From the human T2T-CHM13v2.0 reference genome, Homo sapiens: 64,000 nucleotides of DNA. This document shows positions 60,397 through 64,000 of the stretch, piece by piece; positions within the stretch are counted from its first letter, which is position 1; each line of letters begins with the position of its first letter. A program made the position numbers and the translations under genes. The stretch lies in the NCBI RefSeq assembly GCF_009914755.1, contig NC_060929.1; one strand, given 5' to 3'. The notes below the pieces were generated by a model. That model was not told where the DNA came from and did no database searches. It was given only the letters and a program-made list of their open reading frames with translations.

Positions 60397-61879
60397 TACT
60401 TTCTAGGCATATACTTATCATAAAATGCTTTAAAACTATTTAATATAGTTGAATCCAACCCTTGAAAAGCACTTTCTGACCTTGCTCTAATGGCAATATT
60501 ATAATGCTTTAAAAGCTCAAGAGTTCCTATTCAGATAACACAGATAACTAATAGCTATATGTTAAGTAGATTATTTCAACTGTTCTCTGAAGTGCTACAT
60601 TATTACCAAGAACTAGGATTCCTAACTTGACAGCTATGAAACTAAAGAAAACTATCACATTTTATATCTCAAAAGCAGTTTTGAAGTCATGACCACATCT
60701 TTTCCTCCAAGGATAACAGTTTTATTTCCACTCATTTAACCAGGTCTTTTTTTAATCTTGTGTCTTTAACCTAGGGAATGTCTTTGAATCCTGTAGATTC
60801 CAGGCAAATTTTATACATATGTATATTTTTCTGGGGAGAATTTTCATTGCTTCATATTCTCAAAAGGCATCCATGATCAAAAAAGTTAAGACTTAATATA
60901 CAGCAATTTACACTTGGCTATACCGACCTACTTATGTGTCTTGTTAGACAGTTTCACCCTAATAATTTGTACTTAGAACTTCAAAATTGGCTTAGTAGTG
61001 CAGCTAACTGAAAATCACTAAGCAATGCCCCAAAGCCATTTTAGATACTTGTTTCTATCAACCTCTCTCCACGATATATTTCTAAATATAATTTAAAGGT
61101 CAGAACTTCACCTGTCTCACTATCTCTCCACTCCCCTTTATAATGAAATGCAGGCAGCTGACTATCGTGTTACAAATCTGGGTATTCTGAATGATCAAGA
61201 ACTGGCTGTGTCTTCAACCGAAGTGAACAGACTGACCCAGGCGATCACTCCAGTCTACTACTCAGAGATTAGAAAATACATAATATTTAAGTCATCTGGC
61301 TCAATTCTATTCACCTCTCTTAATTCTCTTAGAGCAGGAAAAAGGCACGAACTCCCTTTCAGAAACTTGGAACAAGCCTGCGTGCTACCTAGATTACGAG
61401 GGGCCACAAAACAGTGTTAAAGCATTCTTCAGCTCAGTCTGTAACTGAAAACGGTTTCCCAAACACCTTCGTACTGTAGAATGGCTGCTGGGTGTTTCGC
61501 CTTGACCTTCTTTAACTAAGCAAGGTGCAATAAGAGGGTCACAGGGCACAAGTTAAAGCTGCAAAGGGACAGAATCAAAGGCACCCTATCCGCTGCCAGG
61601 GACAATTTTGTTTTTTAAAACTTAACTACCTCCTCCCTCTGTATTCCACACGTCAAGTTTTTCTTTCCCTGCTATCGTCAGCGAAGATTACGTCTCAGAG
61701 TCTTCTGTCACAGCATGACACTTGAACGATGTGACAAGATGCCGTCAGCGAATATTTCACGCCAACATAAAGTTGTGGGAGAAATGCTGTGTTTGGGTGG
61801 GAAATTAGCTGCCCAGGTAATCCAGCAGGTAGACGTCCTTCCTCTGAGCCTCAGTTTCCCCGACAGTGTGACAAGAGGG

Positions 61880-62620
61880 CCTGGCAGGGCTGGTCTGGAA
61901 GTTCTTCCCTGTCTCGGGGGTGTCCGCCACACGGGCCGAGCCCGGCCCTGCAGCCCCCACCACACCTGTGGCCGAGGCTCAGCGCCTCCCGTGAGGACGC
62001 AGCTGGGACTCAACCCCGCCCTCCTGGACCGGGCTACCCTCACCTCCTGCCACCATCTTTACCTGTCCCCGTTAGCAGGGAGCACTCTGCGAGAAGATGG
62101 CCAAAAGGTCCGCCGCCGCCGCTGTCCCGGGTAAGTTCATGGCCGAGCCTCTGCTTTGGGCTGACCCCGTCCGCCTCCGCCTCTGCCGCCAACGTCTCCG
62201 CCTTCCGGGCCGTACGCCGCCGCCACGTCCGCAAACCTGAGATGCGTCATCGCGTCAAGTGGGCGGAGGTGGGAAGGGGCGGGGGAGGACGCGGAGGGCA
62301 GCCCAAAACGGGGGAGTCCAACCACAGGTCCACGCCCGGCACGCAGGCGCAGGGACTCCTCCGGGGCCCGGGGGCGGGTCCAATCCCCGGGCCCGGGGGC
62401 GGGTCCAATCCCCAGCCCCGCCCTTGACTCCGCTCCTTCCGTGCCGCTCCACTCCCCGAGGAAAAGATTTGGTGGCCAAGTCAGCGGATCCAACCCGCGA
62501 CCACCAGCGACCTACTGGCTGCGTCTTTGTCCAGCGTCCACACTGCGCTGGCAGAGACTGTCGGGTGCACCCTGAGGACGAGGCGTGGCTCAGGATGTGT
62601 CGGGGAGCTGTCTTGCATTT
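61880..62620. promoter_or_regulatory. LYSMD3: LYSMD3 CpG-island promoter and non-coding exon 1 (~62044/62063 to ~62200, minus strand)
   Basis: CpG-dense; GC boxes; CCAAT boxes; CRE-like TGCGTCA near 62243; YY1-like AAGATGG; minus-strand donors CAG|GTAAAG (62063) and GAG|GTGAGG (62044). Confidence 0.85.
62364..62413. repeat. Perfect 2 x 25-bp tandem repeat GGGCCCGGGGGCGGGTCCAATCCCC
   Basis: Read directly from the sequence. Confidence 0.95.
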
Positions 62621-63077
62621 TTTTCTTGCTGTGCATCTCGAATTTTCTTTAGGGTGGGAAAGGACACCTCAAAAACACTGTTGACATCACGGTTTCAGAA
62701 AATTGCGCCATGTTTGTTACCCTTTTCATGCTGAAGACTCCAGACTGCTGCAGAAGAGGCAGAATTCTGGAGAGAAATCCTTGGGGGACCGAGGACGAGG
62801 GTTGGAGGGGGTTGTCTCACCCTTCCTGTTTTTAGGTGAGGGAAGTGAGCCACCTAGAGTCAGGCCCCAGGAAATGTTTTCCCTGGCTCGAGGAGTCAAG
62901 GGAGTCAACAAATTGTAATCTAACTTATTTTGGTTTGAAAATTAACTGAGTCATTGGTAGTCACCATTGGACTCTATGGAATATTAGCTTGTTAAATAAA
63001 CTCATGACTTCATACATGATTTTTATCACAAATGTGTTAAATGAGTATCATAATGTGTTTGAATTTATGTATGACTT

Positions 63078-63112
63078 TGGCAAAAGCCGCAACTACTTTT
63101 GCACCAACCTAA
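63078..63112. mobile_element. MADE1 (Hsmar1 MITE) half
   Basis: tggcaaaagccgcaactacttttgcaccaacctaa matches the Hsmar1 TIR. Confidence 0.8.
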
Positions 63113-64000
63113 TTAATGAATGTAAAGCATTTTAATGAGTCTGATGTCTCTCAGTGTTGATATTAGAGACGTTGCACTTTGACAACCATGCTAACTGTTA
63201 CGACAATATCCATTTTAGGCACAAATAGCTGGGGTGCAGGGTGCAGAGCAGTGCTTTTCAGAATGTCTGAATATTTATACATTAGAAAGCCTTTGAAGCT
63301 TGGTTTTAAATTGTTTTTCAAAGAGTATGTTTTTGGTTTTCTGGTAAGTGCCTCTGCAAAGGTTAGGAGTTTTGCATGGCAATAGTTTTCTTTTATTAGC
63401 AGGGATAGGCACTGTGCTTCCCAGCGCCACAAAAAAAAACTGCAGGAGAAGACTTTTTTAAAAAGTTTGTCTGAATTGTTCTGTGTGTTGTTGCCCTCAT
63501 GACACCCCTGTCTGTAACCATTTGTCACTGAGACGTTCTCTCATCAGCAGACAAAGGATATATTCCCTGCTTGATATGTAGGACTTCGGCTGCTTAGCCC
63601 TCATGAATGTTAATGGGAATACAACCTTCTTTCTGTCTATAGGTTACTTTTCTTATTTTAATGTCAATAGACAGCGGAATTAATGTGAGAGCCAAAGTGA
63701 TAGATTTCAAGCACTTCTATAGGACCGATACCTGTATCCTTCATATAAATAACTTTCTCAAAGATATCTGCATGCTCTTGAATAGTTATTTGTATTTAAC
63801 AAGGATGCAAATATTAAACTTTTTATAAAAATGGAAGAATAGGATTATATTTTATTATTAGAATATACAAAAGAAGCAGTTAGCGTGAATTTTGGCCAAG
63901 TTCCAAAAAGCCGGCCAGTAGGAACAAGCATTTTGTCTTTGAGAAAAAGGATGTCCCCAGTGCTCAGCAGAGCCAAAGGATTTTTAGTGTTTCAAGATTT

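Noticed and set aside
61708-62684. Multiple 60-212 aa ORFs over the LYSMD3 promoter
   Set aside because: Stop-poor GC-rich sequence giving low-complexity Pro/Gly/Arg translations.

Overview
Human (primate) genomic DNA, recognisable from its proteins as the 5q14.3 MBLAC2-POLR3G-LYSMD3 locus; it is not prokaryotic. It contains MBLAC2 coding exon 1 (minus strand; exon 2 is off the left edge) and a CpG-island bidirectional promoter shared with POLR3G. POLR3G (RPC7-alpha/RPC32) is complete on the plus strand: a non-coding exon 1 plus 7 coding exons that splice to 223 aa. LYSMD3 is complete on the minus strand (306 aa), convergent with POLR3G, with its own CpG-island promoter near 62 kb. The rest is intronic or intergenic DNA with about 20 Alus, L1/L2/MIR relics, MER61, LTR8 and MST LTRs, and DNA-transposon fossils. 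I found no convincing new multi-gene system. The most unusual observations are: an Alu with a twin-priming-type 5' inversion and an internal hairpin; a plus-strand ATG-plus-donor mini-exon inside LYSMD3 exon 1, which could be an alternative first exon of the next gene ADGRV1; an alternative LYSMD3 donor giving an in-frame N-terminal extension, plus a uORF; a SOX-OCT composite motif just 3' of POLR3G; a piggyBac (Looper-like) fossil in POLR3G intron 3; and a ~270-bp dispersed local duplication. Repeat boundaries and subfamily calls were made by eye and are approximate.
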